From positions 960,001 through 1,024,000 of the forward strand of contig OZ244170.1 of the NCBI GenBank assembly GCA_965216565.1: 64,000 nt of DNA. The letters are read 5' to 3'. Positions 20,276 through 29,859 of the stretch are shown here, piece after piece. The translations under genes and the position numbers were made by a program. Positions within the stretch are counted from its first letter, which is position 1. Every line of letters starts with the position of its first letter. The notes below the pieces were generated by a model. That model worked only from the letters and a program-made list of their open reading frames with translations. It was not told the origin of the DNA and did not search any database. The DNA is from Bythopirellula sp. GTDB taxonomy: Bacteria > Planctomycetota > Planctomycetia > Pirellulales > Lacipirellulaceae.

Positions 20276-20319
20276 AATTAACTGAAATATAAGCACTAAG
20301 CAATGTTGAGAGTAAACGG

Positions 20320-21153
20320 ATGCTAGAACTCTACGACCAAATTCAGGAAGTAACCGAAGTTATTCGTAAGCAGTGGGACTTAAAGCCAAGGGCTGGCATC
20401 GTGCTGGGGACTGGCTTGGGGGCTTTGGCCAGCCAGATCACGGATGCCGTCAAAATCGACTACTCCGATCTGCCGCACTTTCCAAGTTCAACCGCAGTGA
20501 GCCATAAAGGCCAATTGGTGTGTGGACTGCTGAACGGCGTGCCTATCGTTGCGATGGAAGGCCGTGTGCACCAGTACGAAGGCTATCCTCTCAAACAAAT
20601 CACTCTGCCAGTTAGGGTGATGAAAGCCTTGGGTGCCGAAACTCTGATCGTAACTCACGCAGTGGGGGGCATGAATCCCAGTTACAAGCCAGGCGATGTG
20701 ATGATTATCGACGATCAGATCAACCTGATGGGCGATAATCCCTTAGTGGGCATCAACGACGATCGACTAGGTCCGCGTTTTCCTGATATGTCGGCGCCCT
20801 ATACGCCCGAGTTGTGCGATGTGGGGCAGGCGATCGCACGTAAGGAAGATTTTGTCGCCCATCGCGGCGTGATGGTGGCAGTGACGGGCCCGAATTTGGA
20901 GACTCGTGCTGAGTACCGTTTTCTGCGGATGATCGGTGCCGATGTGGTCGGCATGTCGACCGTTCCTGAAGTGATCGTTGCTGTCCACAGCGGCATGCGG
21001 GTATTCGGGTTATCAGTAATCACCGACATGTGCCTACCCGATTCGCTGAAGCCGGCTGTGGTTGAAGAAATCGTCGCCACCGCAAATTCAGCCGAGCCAA
21101 AGCTCACGGCATTGGTGCTTGGCGTATTGGCCCACGAAGCGAAGCGAGGTTAG
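20320..21153 (+). CDS. Purine nucleoside phosphorylase (trimeric type), copy 1
   Basis: VLGTGLG, GRVHQYEG, GPRFPDMS, GPNLETRAE, VGMSTVPE and SVITD. Confidence 0.93.
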   Translation: MLELYDQIQEVTEVIRKQWDLKPRAGIVLGTGLGALASQITDAVKIDYSDLPHFPSSTAVSHKGQLVCGLLNGVPIVAMEGRVHQYEGYPLKQITLPVRVMKALGAETLIVTHAVGGMNPSYKPGDVMIIDDQINLMGDNPLVGINDDRLGPRFPDMSAPYTPELCDVGQAIARKEDFVAHRGVMVAVTGPNLETRAEYRFLRMIGADVVGMSTVPEVIVAVHSGMRVFGLSVITDMCLPDSLKPAVVEEIVATANSAEPKLTALVLGVLAHEAKRG

Positions 21154-21157
21154 CACG

Positions 21158-21979
21158 ATGCTGGAGCTTGCTGGACAAATTGAAGAGGCCATGGCTGCCG
21201 TAAGCCAGCGCTGGTCGCACACACCCGTTGCTGGAATCGTTCTTGGCTCGGGGCTCGGCGACTTAGCGAACCAAATAGATGCGGAAGAGACGATCGATTA
21301 CGGCGAGATTCCGCATTTCCCCAAGGTTACCGCGATGGGCCACCGTGGGCAGTTAGTTTGCGGCAAACTCGAAGGAAAACCAGTCATCGCTTATCAGGGT
21401 CGGTTTCACATTTACGAAGGGTACACCGCTCAACAAGCGGCTTTGCCTGCCAGACTGTTGAAGGGTTTGGGCGGGAACACATTGATCGTTTCGAACGCTG
21501 CAGGCGGTGTGAACCCCCATTACCAAGTGGGCGATGTCATGCTGATCGACGATCAGATCAATTTGCTTTTCCGTAATCCGCTGATTGGCATCAACGACGA
21601 CAACCTGGGTCCCCGCTTTCCAGATATGTCGGCACCCTACGACAAGCAGTTGGGAGACATTGCTGTTGAAGTGGCACGTCGCGAAGGTTTTACACTGCAC
21701 AGGGGAGTGTATATGTCTTGTCTCGGCCCGACCTACGAAACCCGCGCCGAATACCGCATGGTACGTCAGTTGGGTGCCGATGCCGTGGGAATGTCAACAG
21801 CTCCGGAGGTGATCGCCGCGCGGCATGCCGACATGCGGGTGTTAGGGCTTTCGACAATTACCAACGTCGGTTCGCCCGATGCGCCAAGTGAAACATCGGG
21901 GCACGATGTGCTGAACGCGGCTGCCAGCGCGTCAGAAAAGTTAGTTGCTATCGTCCGTGGTGTGGTGAACGGGTTGTAG
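21158..21979 (+). CDS. punA: Purine nucleoside phosphorylase (trimeric type), copy 2
   Basis: VLGSGLG, GRFHIYEG, NAAGG, GPTYET, VGMST and STITN. Start moved to ATG 21158 because both copies begin MLEL. Confidence 0.93.
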   Translation: MLELAGQIEEAMAAVSQRWSHTPVAGIVLGSGLGDLANQIDAEETIDYGEIPHFPKVTAMGHRGQLVCGKLEGKPVIAYQGRFHIYEGYTAQQAALPARLLKGLGGNTLIVSNAAGGVNPHYQVGDVMLIDDQINLLFRNPLIGINDDNLGPRFPDMSAPYDKQLGDIAVEVARREGFTLHRGVYMSCLGPTYETRAEYRMVRQLGADAVGMSTAPEVIAARHADMRVLGLSTITNVGSPDAPSETSGHDVLNAAASASEKLVAIVRGVVNGL

Positions 21980-22006
21980 CCAGCGAAGAAATTCGGGGAG
22001 TGAAAT

Positions 22007-23290
22007 ATGAATCCTGTTTGGACGATTGCCAAAAAGCGAGATGGCGAAGAACTGACGCCCGAGGAAATTGGCCATTTCATTAGTGGCTATGCCAAGGATG
22101 AAATCCCCGACTATCAAATGTCGGCCATGGCGATGGCCATCTATCTGCAGGGAATGAGCACAGCTGAGATTGCCGCACTGACGGATCACATGCTTGCCTC
22201 CGGGGCTACCTTTCAGTGGCCTGGCAGTACGACTCCCAAAGTGGATAAGCACTCCACCGGCGGCATCGGTGATAAAGTGTCTTTACCCTTGGCACCGATG
22301 CTTGCCTGCTGCGATCTTCATGTGCCGATGATTTCTGGCCGCGGATTGGGCGCTACCGGTGGCACGCTGGATAAGCTTGATTCGATTCCAGGGTATCGCA
22401 CCGATCTTTCGATGGAAGAAATGCAAGCGGTCACCAAATCGGTTGGTTGCGTGATCAGTGGTGCCACGACCGATTTAGTGCCTGCCGACCGCAAGCTCTA
22501 TGCTTTGCGCGACGTGACTGCCACCGTGCCATCCATCCCGCTAATTACCGGCAGCATCATGAGCAAGAAGCTGGCCGAGGGGCTCGATGCTCTGGTGCTC
22601 GACGTGAAGTTCGGCACCGGCGCTTTCATGAAAACTGAGGCCCTAGCAAGAGAGCTTGCCGAGTCGATGGTCAACACCGGCAAACGCATCGGCGTGAAGA
22701 CCACCGCACTACTTACAGACATGAACCAGCCCCTGGGTCGCATGGTGGGCAACGCTGTGGAAGTCGACGAGTCGGTTGCCGCCCTGGAAGGGAACGGGCC
22801 GGAGGATTTGATGGAAGTAACGCTCGCCCTGGGTGCTGAACTCTTGGTTTCGACCGACCGAGCTGATTCGTTGGAGGCGGCTCGTGCTCGATTGCAAAAA
22901 ACAATTGACGATGGTTCCGCAAGAGCCAAGCTGGCTGAGATGGTTGCCGCACAGGGTGGAGATTTGGAAGCTGCCCGCAAAGTGGCACCCGCTAGCGATG
23001 TTCCCGCTCCACAAGCCGGCTTTGTGACAGCGATCGATGCCGAGATGCTCGGCCAGGCGGTCATAGCGATGAAAGGCGGTCGTCAGCAACTGGGCGACAA
23101 GCTGGATCTCTCGACCGGATTCGAAATGCTCGTTCGTCTGGGAGATCGAATCGAAGCTGGCCAACCATTGGCGAAGCTTTTTGCACCGCAGGACGTGGCC
23201 GAAGCTGGCGGCAAAAAGTTGAGCGATGCGATTCGGATCGCAGACGAGTCACCCACCGTCGGCCCATTGATCCTGCAGCGGATCGATTAG
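22007..23290 (+). CDS. pdp: Thymidine / pyrimidine-nucleoside phosphorylase
   Basis: KKRDG, DKHSTGGIGDK, SGRGLG-x-TGGTLDKL and SIMSKK. Confidence 0.95.
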   Translation: MNPVWTIAKKRDGEELTPEEIGHFISGYAKDEIPDYQMSAMAMAIYLQGMSTAEIAALTDHMLASGATFQWPGSTTPKVDKHSTGGIGDKVSLPLAPMLACCDLHVPMISGRGLGATGGTLDKLDSIPGYRTDLSMEEMQAVTKSVGCVISGATTDLVPADRKLYALRDVTATVPSIPLITGSIMSKKLAEGLDALVLDVKFGTGAFMKTEALARELAESMVNTGKRIGVKTTALLTDMNQPLGRMVGNAVEVDESVAALEGNGPEDLMEVTLALGAELLVSTDRADSLEAARARLQKTIDDGSARAKLAEMVAAQGGDLEAARKVAPASDVPAPQAGFVTAIDAEMLGQAVIAMKGGRQQLGDKLDLSTGFEMLVRLGDRIEAGQPLAKLFAPQDVAEAGGKKLSDAIRIADESPTVGPLILQRID

Positions 23291-23549
23291 GCTAGGGCCC
23301 CCGATGGGGGGCAAAGAGGGTCTTTCTTGTAGCCTGCAGTGGGGGTTTGGGTCCGCGGAACGAGTTTTTTTGCAACGATTCGCTTGTATCGAAGCAATCT
23401 GCTGGAGAAAGGTGGACATTCAGGGTATTTTAATCGTTCACGGTCAATGGAGGCTATCTAGCTTAACCAATAGTTTTTTGCGAAGCGTGACGGGTTCTTG
23501 CGGATGACATTTGCAAGAATCTCCACGGACACCAATAGGGAGCACGCTA

Positions 23550-24368
23550 ATGATTCGACATAAATTGATCTTCACAATTGTGATCTCCGCACTGACGATT
23601 GTGGGAAGCAATGCGCTTGCTGGCCCCATTGTAACTTATGACTTTGATACCGAGGACGACCTTGTTACCCCACTGGCCCATGGCCAGATCGTTGATCCAG
23701 CATTTGACGCACCTGGGTTTAGTGAGTTTGGTAACATCTTCAATGTTAGCTCGACCCAAGATGGTTCTGACGGACATTTGGGCGTGACTGTCTTCGATTC
23801 CGATCTTGCCGGTACTCTGGATCCTGACTTGGAAGTTGGTCGGGGAAACATTCTCATCTTGCAAAACGATAGCCATAGCTCTCGCACTGGCGACTTCTAC
23901 GACAATCCCAACGACGAGGCAAGCCTCGATGACAACGGTAGCATCGTCTTCGACTTTAACTTTCCCGTAGGACCTAAGTCCATTGATATCGTCGATGGCA
24001 ATGGTGGTTTCGGAGCGACGCTGACGCTTACCGACAGTAACAACCTCACTCGAACGTATACTATTCCTGAGAAGTGGACGACGGATGTCACACAGGCTTT
24101 GAATGGTTTTCAGGCGCTCGATCTAACGACGCTCCTACCTCAGGCTTCCGAACCGAATGCAGTAGGAGGCGACGCGACTGCGGTAGAGGATGCTGGATTT
24201 GACGAAACTATGGTTCTCCAGCTTCGCATGGCATTCACAGGTTCAGGTGGTTCGGGGGCAACAACCTCGGGTGGTATCGACAACCTGGTTATCGAAATCC
24301 CAGAACCAGCAACGAGTCTACTGCTCGTTTCAATGCTTCTCGGTTTGGGATGTTCCCGCCGCCGATAA
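23550..24368 (+). CDS. PEP-CTERM exosortase-target surface protein
   Basis: Signal peptide (...SNALA) and C-terminal IPEPATSLLLVSMLLGLGCSRRR. The body is Asp-rich. Confidence 0.88.
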   Translation: MIRHKLIFTIVISALTIVGSNALAGPIVTYDFDTEDDLVTPLAHGQIVDPAFDAPGFSEFGNIFNVSSTQDGSDGHLGVTVFDSDLAGTLDPDLEVGRGNILILQNDSHSSRTGDFYDNPNDEASLDDNGSIVFDFNFPVGPKSIDIVDGNGGFGATLTLTDSNNLTRTYTIPEKWTTDVTQALNGFQALDLTTLLPQASEPNAVGGDATAVEDAGFDETMVLQLRMAFTGSGGSGATTSGGIDNLVIEIPEPATSLLLVSMLLGLGCSRRR

Positions 24369-24398
24369 AGCACTAGACGATTCGGATTAGCTCTATAT

Positions 24399-24433
24399 AA
24401 CGCCTAGGTAATGTCCGTTGCCTGGGCGTTTTT
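24399..24433 (+). terminator. Rho-independent terminator
   Basis: aacgcctaggtaa / ttgcctgggcgtt stem followed by a T run, 30 bp after the stop. Confidence 0.7.
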
Positions 24434-24560
24434 ATGCGCTATTCGTCTAGATACTTGAAATCAGCCCAAAGTGGACTCTCGGCTGATGGCGAGCTATTCT
24501 TTCTAAGACTTGCTGCTGTTATTACGAGGACGAGGTATTTTCACTTCGTAGGAATTGTCC

Positions 24561-25517
24561 ATGGCTCACCATTACAAAAAGGCATTCACTCTGGTGGAAC
24601 TGCTGGTGGTCATCGCCATCTTGGCGTTGCTCGTGGGGCTATTGCTGCCGGCCGTCCAGGCGGCGCGGGAAGCGGCTCGCCGTGCCCAATGCCAGAACAA
24701 CCTCAAACAAATTGGCATTGCGCTGCTAAGCTACGAAGCGGGAAACAAACAGTTCCCACCGGCGGGGACTGATTACGGTTGGTGCCAATACCCAGAAAAC
24801 GGGGGAGCCACCACTGTCCGCAACGGTAACGGACTGATGATGCTATTGCCCTATCTGGAGCAATCGGGGCTCTATGATCGGTTCGATCTAAATGCCGCCT
24901 TTTTCAATCGCATGAAGGGCAACGAACATTGTTGCTCTCCGACCTCGAGCTTGGGCCAACTCTTGGGCGACGCCGAGTCCAGCGGTAACCTGGCCTTGGC
25001 GACTACTCAGCTACCAGTGTTTGTCTGTCCCTCGGATATCGGCGAACTATTCCTCGAGACGGGTGCGGCCAAGACGAACTACGACTTCAGTTCGTCCGAA
25101 CGGTTTCAATGTGCCGAGTGGGAACACGCCGACGCAGACACACGTCGTATGTTTGGCGAAAATAGCACCACTAGTGCTGCCGACGTGAGCGACGGCCTTT
25201 CACACACCGTGGCCCTTGCCGAGACCTTGCGTGATATCTACAGCGGCAGGGCAACTGCCTGGGCCTATCGCGATTGGGTGATGGTAGGCATCGATGTCGG
25301 CAGAAACAACATCAACAGCTGGCAATGGCCCGGCACTATTCAATCCCCTCGCCGTTCGCAGTTGCGCGAGTTTGCCCATGCCGGTAGCCTGCACGGTGAC
25401 GGAGCACTGATGCTCATGGCAGACGGATCAATCCATTTCATGTCGGACACTACCGACCAAGTAGTGCGCGAGAGACTAGCCGTAATGGCCGATGCTCAAT
25501 TGGTGGATTGGCCGTAG
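24561..25517 (+). CDS. DUF1559-family prepilin-type protein
   Basis: [49 protein letters not shown]...E and H-x-DG...DGS. Confidence 0.92.
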   Translation: MAHHYKKAFTLVELLVVIAILALLVGLLLPAVQAAREAARRAQCQNNLKQIGIALLSYEAGNKQFPPAGTDYGWCQYPENGGATTVRNGNGLMMLLPYLEQSGLYDRFDLNAAFFNRMKGNEHCCSPTSSLGQLLGDAESSGNLALATTQLPVFVCPSDIGELFLETGAAKTNYDFSSSERFQCAEWEHADADTRRMFGENSTTSAADVSDGLSHTVALAETLRDIYSGRATAWAYRDWVMVGIDVGRNNINSWQWPGTIQSPRRSQLREFAHAGSLHGDGALMLMADGSIHFMSDTTDQVVRERLAVMADAQLVDWP

Positions 25518-25533
25518 TGAGATTTCCAAGTCA

Positions 25534-25554
25534 CCCTCCCGATTTTCGGGGAGG
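25534..25554. repeat. Short GC hairpin (single CCCTCCC-type arm or terminator)
   Basis: ccctcccga-ttt-tcgggaggg. Confidence 0.55.
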
Positions 25555-25624
25555 GGGTATCTTCGCATAAGATGAATAAATCCTCCCGGGTTTTCAGGCC
25601 TAGCTCCTCAGCTACTTAAGTATC

Positions 25625-25684
25625 TGTCATCCCGAGGTCTGCCGAGGGATCTAGCCAGGTTCCTCGGCAGACCTCGGAATGACA
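25625..25684. repeat. TGTCAT..ATGACA palindromic element
   Basis: 28-bp arms tgtcatcccgaggtctgccgagggatct and aggttcctcggcagacctcggaatgaca (25/28) with a 4-nt loop, between convergent genes. Confidence 0.88.
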
Positions 25685-25771
25685 CAACCCTTCGCGTCTG
25701 CGTACTCCTCTCTGTATACCAGGAAGCATTCAGATAGATTCTTAACGCACCACAGTTTTCTCAGCTCCGAC

Positions 25772-27442
25772 TCAAGAAGGAACACGCACCAGCACAGGCT
25801 TCGAGCGGCGATGGCCGCGGCCGGCGAGGCGGTCGAACCGTTGTCGGCAATGCCAGGCGATTCCTAGGGTTGCAGCGATGCAGAGCACTGCTTCGTAGAA
25901 GTGATACCCCGTTTCAAAGGAGACGGGTTGCCGAAAGTTGACCGCTGATCCTCCGCCGCCGATTTGCTGTAACATCGAACTTGCGATTAGCAAAAGCAGC
26001 ATCGATGCCAATACTAGCAATACTGCGACAATGGAGACCGCGATTTTTACTCCCATCCAGCCGAGTAGCGTGAGTGTGATTGCTCTGCCGGAAGACTTGG
26101 TTGTGAGCGAACTCCACACGCCAATGGCAGACATCACACAGATATACATGGCCGAACTCAGGACCATCATGAAAAATGCATAGAAGGTGATCGACTCCAT
26201 CATAACGCCCAACAGCCAAACTAGTAGAGTTGCGATCAGGAACCAACGAAGTGAATAGAAACTCACAATCATCTTCGCCTTGACGATTTCGCCACCCTCT
26301 AGCGGTGTCATCATCAGCGCATCCCAAGTACCTTGTTCCTTTTCCATTGAGATTCCCGCTGCGGCTCGAATGCCAACTGCCCACTGAATAAGCCAACCCA
26401 GGGGCACTGCTAGGATTCCTATCCATTGCGAAGCGATCGCCAATGTGTTTTGAACGAACAACGGTGGCTGTGGGTTGATCATGGTCCAGAGAAAGAGACT
26501 CATCAGCAGGATGCTACCTCCCAGCATCATTACGAGGGTTAGAAAAATTACCGCACTGAGCAACCGGCCAAATTCGCGTGTCGATTCGATATAAAGCTCT
26601 TTCCATTGAATGGGGTTACTCCCCATCGGAGGGATTTCCCGCTGGCGATTGGAACTCCGGAAGTCACCACCTGCGCGTCGCAAATAGGTTGGCCACAATA
26701 GCCGCAGGGTCAACGTCAGGCTGATGATTGCCATAACAGACCAAACGGCAATCGTGCGAGAGGCGGGAATAATGTCTCCGGAGTAGATCAACCCGGTAAC
26801 ACAAGTATAAGGGTTTAGAGCAATAAGCCATGAGGCCCAGCTGAGATTCAGGCGACCGCCAATCAATATTGGGAGAATCAATAAGAGCAGTCCCACGACG
26901 TACGTCGCAATCAACGCATCGCGGGCACGGGTGAATAGTACGAAGAACAGCAGTGCTAGCCCCGCCACTCCGCTGGCCGTTGCGAACATCAACACCAACA
27001 GGACAAGTAGCGACTCGGTCGTCATTCCGCAAAAGATGCCAAGAAACACAATCGCCGGCAGCCCCGCCAACGAAACAGTCGCCACTTGAACGAGCCGACT
27101 TATGAACCTCGAGTACACGATCTCGCCTGCTGAGAGCCTGGTGCTTAGCAACATGCCCAGGGCCATCCGCTCGGGATCGTCAGAAAATCCGCCCGCCAGT
27201 ACTGCGGGTGATATCAGCAACACGAGGCTGAGGTTCAGGAGGACGAGCGCCGTGACCGATACTGAGAGAATCAGGCTGGGCACGGTTCCTTCATCGACCA
27301 CCTGCATTAGCCAACAGCACCAGGCAGCAAATATTAAAATTCCGAAGCACAAGACGGCAGCCACCGTCCGCATGATAAACACCCACTTTCGTGAGATGGC
27401 CCATCGGCATTCGGGTCCAGCCAATGGGGAGAATGCGAACAT
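25772..27442 (-). CDS. ABC-2-type permease-like membrane protein (two repeats)
   Basis: Many TM helices with duplicated motifs (LLSTRLSAGEIVYSR and ISMEKEQGTWDALMMTPLEGGEIVKAK) and NPIQWKE. Confidence 0.8.
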   Translation of the reverse strand: MFAFSPLAGPECRWAISRKWVFIMRTVAAVLCFGILIFAAWCCWLMQVVDEGTVPSLILSVSVTALVLLNLSLVLLISPAVLAGGFSDDPERMALGMLLSTRLSAGEIVYSRFISRLVQVATVSLAGLPAIVFLGIFCGMTTESLLVLLVLMFATASGVAGLALLFFVLFTRARDALIATYVVGLLLLILPILIGGRLNLSWASWLIALNPYTCVTGLIYSGDIIPASRTIAVWSVMAIISLTLTLRLLWPTYLRRAGGDFRSSNRQREIPPMGSNPIQWKELYIESTREFGRLLSAVIFLTLVMMLGGSILLMSLFLWTMINPQPPLFVQNTLAIASQWIGILAVPLGWLIQWAVGIRAAAGISMEKEQGTWDALMMTPLEGGEIVKAKMIVSFYSLRWFLIATLLVWLLGVMMESITFYAFFMMVLSSAMYICVMSAIGVWSSLTTKSSGRAITLTLLGWMGVKIAVSIVAVLLVLASMLLLLIASSMLQQIGGGGSAVNFRQPVSFETGYHFYEAVLCIAATLGIAWHCRQRFDRLAGRGHRRSKPVLVRVPS

Positions 27443-27453
27443 GGCAATTCCAG

Positions 27454-28221
27454 CTACTCGGAGGCGATTTCTTGGAAGTCGTCACGGAAGACAACTTTGA
27501 CGCGCGGCCGAGTGAGAAACCACAAGCACAGCGCTGGGTAAATACATCCTACGAGTAGTGTTATGATTGCCCCGGCAGAGATCATCACTCCTTGCATCGC
27601 AGCTATATCGATAGGCGGAGCCCCGCCTCCCCCAGCATTCATTTGATCAAACATCGCCTGCGCTTGTTTGATTTGTATGGGGACGATCACCGCCAGATTC
27701 ACAGTTTGCAAAATACACAGACGAAGAATTTTCAATCCGGCCGTCCAAACCGCCAGTTTGCGAGCCCATTCCCGCTGCATAAGTAGCCCGACCCCCGAGG
27801 CAAACATCATCAAGTTCAAAACCAACCCCGTCGAACCATCGGCAATCCCGTAGGCGATGATTTTTTTGTCTCTCATCGCCGTGAAGGGATCAAACTGGGG
27901 GGTGTTGAATCTGGCGACTGCGGCCTGCCGCTCGGCCTGGATACTCTGCTTCTCATCCTCCGTTTCGGCCTCGGCTTCCCGTTGATCGAATTCGGCAAGT
28001 TCTGCCTCGTGCTCTTCTTCAATCGCCTGCTGCATCGATTCAAACGTCTCGGCAAAGTATGGCATGAGCAACGCTACGCCCAGTGCATAAGCCGCAAACA
28101 TTCCCGCCATCAGCGAAAAGATGATATTCAGAATGCCAAACACTTTGGGAGTGGTGGCGTCTGGCTCGATGGCCATAGGAACAGGCTCGGTCGCCGAGAA
28201 TCGATCTTCCACGATGAACAC
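27454..28221 (-). CDS. Hypothetical membrane protein with an acidic coiled coil
   Basis: About four TM segments (FGILNIIF, LMMFASGVGLL, YPALCLWFL). The start may be ATG 28176. Confidence 0.7.
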   Translation of the reverse strand: MFIVEDRFSATEPVPMAIEPDATTPKVFGILNIIFSLMAGMFAAYALGVALLMPYFAETFESMQQAIEEEHEAELAEFDQREAEAETEDEKQSIQAERQAAVARFNTPQFDPFTAMRDKKIIAYGIADGSTGLVLNLMMFASGVGLLMQREWARKLAVWTAGLKILRLCILQTVNLAVIVPIQIKQAQAMFDQMNAGGGGAPPIDIAAMQGVMISAGAIITLLVGCIYPALCLWFLTRPRVKVVFRDDFQEIASE

Positions 28222-28405
28222 CGTATCAAAGGTTGCTGGAAAAGTGCTTTATATCACATCGTATCTAAAGCAAGGCCACGCACGGCTGCGTTCTAGAGTA
28301 CCACAACAGCGCTTAAAATTCCATTTGAGGCCTGGGGTTATTCGTACAGTATCCAGCAGGTACCATGGACAATCGTCAAACACATCAACTCTCAGGAGCA
28401 AATAG

Positions 28406-28801
28406 ATGAGTGACTCTTCGCAAGACAAATTGGTGCAAGCCGCCCTTGATGTTCGCAGCAATGCTTACGCACCCTATTCGAAGTTTCTCGTGGGTGCCGC
28501 TTTGGTGACTGAAGATGGCACCATTTACACCGGCACAAACGTCGAGAATGCTTCGTACGGGTTAACGATTTGTGCCGAGCGTGTGGCGGCGTGTACCGCA
28601 GCCGCGGCGGGGCATCGCAGGATCTTGGCCGTGGCGGTGGCGACCACCGGCGCCGCCTCACCCTGCGGCGCGTGTCGACAGTTCCTCTCAGAATTCAACG
28701 GCAGCATGCCCGTCTACATGGTCGACGCCGACAAACCTGAGGAAGTGAAAGAGATGTCCTTAGCAGACCTGCTACCAGAGCAGTTTCAGTTGGAGGAATA
28801 G
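28406..28801 (+). CDS. cdd: Cytidine deaminase (homotetrameric type)
   Basis: AYAPYSKF-x-VGAA, NVENASYGLTICAER and PCGACRQ. Confidence 0.96.
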   Translation: MSDSSQDKLVQAALDVRSNAYAPYSKFLVGAALVTEDGTIYTGTNVENASYGLTICAERVAACTAAAAGHRRILAVAVATTGAASPCGACRQFLSEFNGSMPVYMVDADKPEEVKEMSLADLLPEQFQLEE

Positions 28802-28821
28802 AATTTTTTAGAAGTTAAGAG

Positions 28822-28908
28822 GGACAGGATGACTGGATTGGCGGGATTTACCAGATTTTCTAAGTAAATTTCCATCCAGTAAATCCCGATCATCCAGTTA
28901 TCCTGTCC
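28822..28908. repeat. Two-armed element built from ~9-nt GGAT units between convergent cdd and chdC
   Basis: 35-bp inverted arms ggacaggatgactggattggcgggatttaccagat and atccagtaaatcccgatcatccagttatcctgtcc (29/35). Confidence 0.85.
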
Positions 28909-28920
28909 TTAATCTCGCGT

Positions 28921-29763
28921 CTAGACCCGGCAGTGCTCAAGCATCTTTTCCGCCGAGCAGACGTAGCTGATTAGGAACGGCCCAAACTCGGCGTAGCGGG
29001 CCGAGGCTTCGTCGAACCGCATACGGTAGACGATGTCTTTGAGATACTCAGGGTTGGCGCCCCAGAGGGTGACGCCCCATTCCCAATCGTCCATGCCCAG
29101 CCCCACGGTGATCAGCTGGCTTACCTTGCCTGCGAACGCCATACCGCTGCGGGCATGTTCGCTCATCAGGGCATTGCGCTGTTCCTTCGTGAGCATGAAC
29201 CAGTTCTCGCCCACTTTGCGTTTCTTATTCATGGGATAGAAACAGGTGCTAGGATATTCGGGAAACTTGGGTGTCAGGCGCTGATGGTTCATTCCGACCA
29301 AACGGTCGGCATAGCCCTTCACCTTGGCTTGGTAGGTGTCCGAGCCTTCCGTCTCGCCCTCGGCAACCAGTCTCTCTCCGTACTGCTCCACTGTGGGGAC
29401 GTACTCGCTAATCTCGGTGACTGAGACGAACGAGTAACCCGGCGTGAGGGCAACGCCCAGGGGCCCTGCCATCAGCCGCTGATGCACGGCATCGACTTTG
29501 AGCGGATCGGGATCCATCAGCATCAAGCTGAAGTCGGCCTTGTGACCGCTCACAACAGAAGTTTGCAGCCTGATCGGGGCGTCACTGCCCGCAGGATCGA
29601 GCGTTTGTATCACGGCGTCGCGACCAGAGGTGATTTGGTCCGCCGGCATCGCCGCGAGCGCGGGCCGATCCCACGTGTAATACAGATGGCTGCAATGCCA
29701 ACCGCCGCCGGCCGGTTCGAGGGAAATTTCGGGAGGTGCTTGAGTGTGGGGAGGACGACTCAT
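28921..29763 (-). CDS. chdC: Coproheme decarboxylase (HemQ/ChdC; chlorite-dismutase family)
   Basis: GHKAD, CFYPMNKKR...W, MSEH (proximal His), GMDDWEWGVTL and MRFDEASARYAEFGPF. Confidence 0.85.
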   Translation of the reverse strand: MSRPPHTQAPPEISLEPAGGGWHCSHLYYTWDRPALAAMPADQITSGRDAVIQTLDPAGSDAPIRLQTSVVSGHKADFSLMLMDPDPLKVDAVHQRLMAGPLGVALTPGYSFVSVTEISEYVPTVEQYGERLVAEGETEGSDTYQAKVKGYADRLVGMNHQRLTPKFPEYPSTCFYPMNKKRKVGENWFMLTKEQRNALMSEHARSGMAFAGKVSQLITVGLGMDDWEWGVTLWGANPEYLKDIVYRMRFDEASARYAEFGPFLISYVCSAEKMLEHCRV

Positions 29764-29859
29764 AATTGCTGCTGAGGTGGCGAAGGAATTCTATAAAGCG
29801 AGCAAAATCGTTCCGCATCGTAGCACATCTCCCAAGGGGTGAAATAGGGGGGTAATTGG

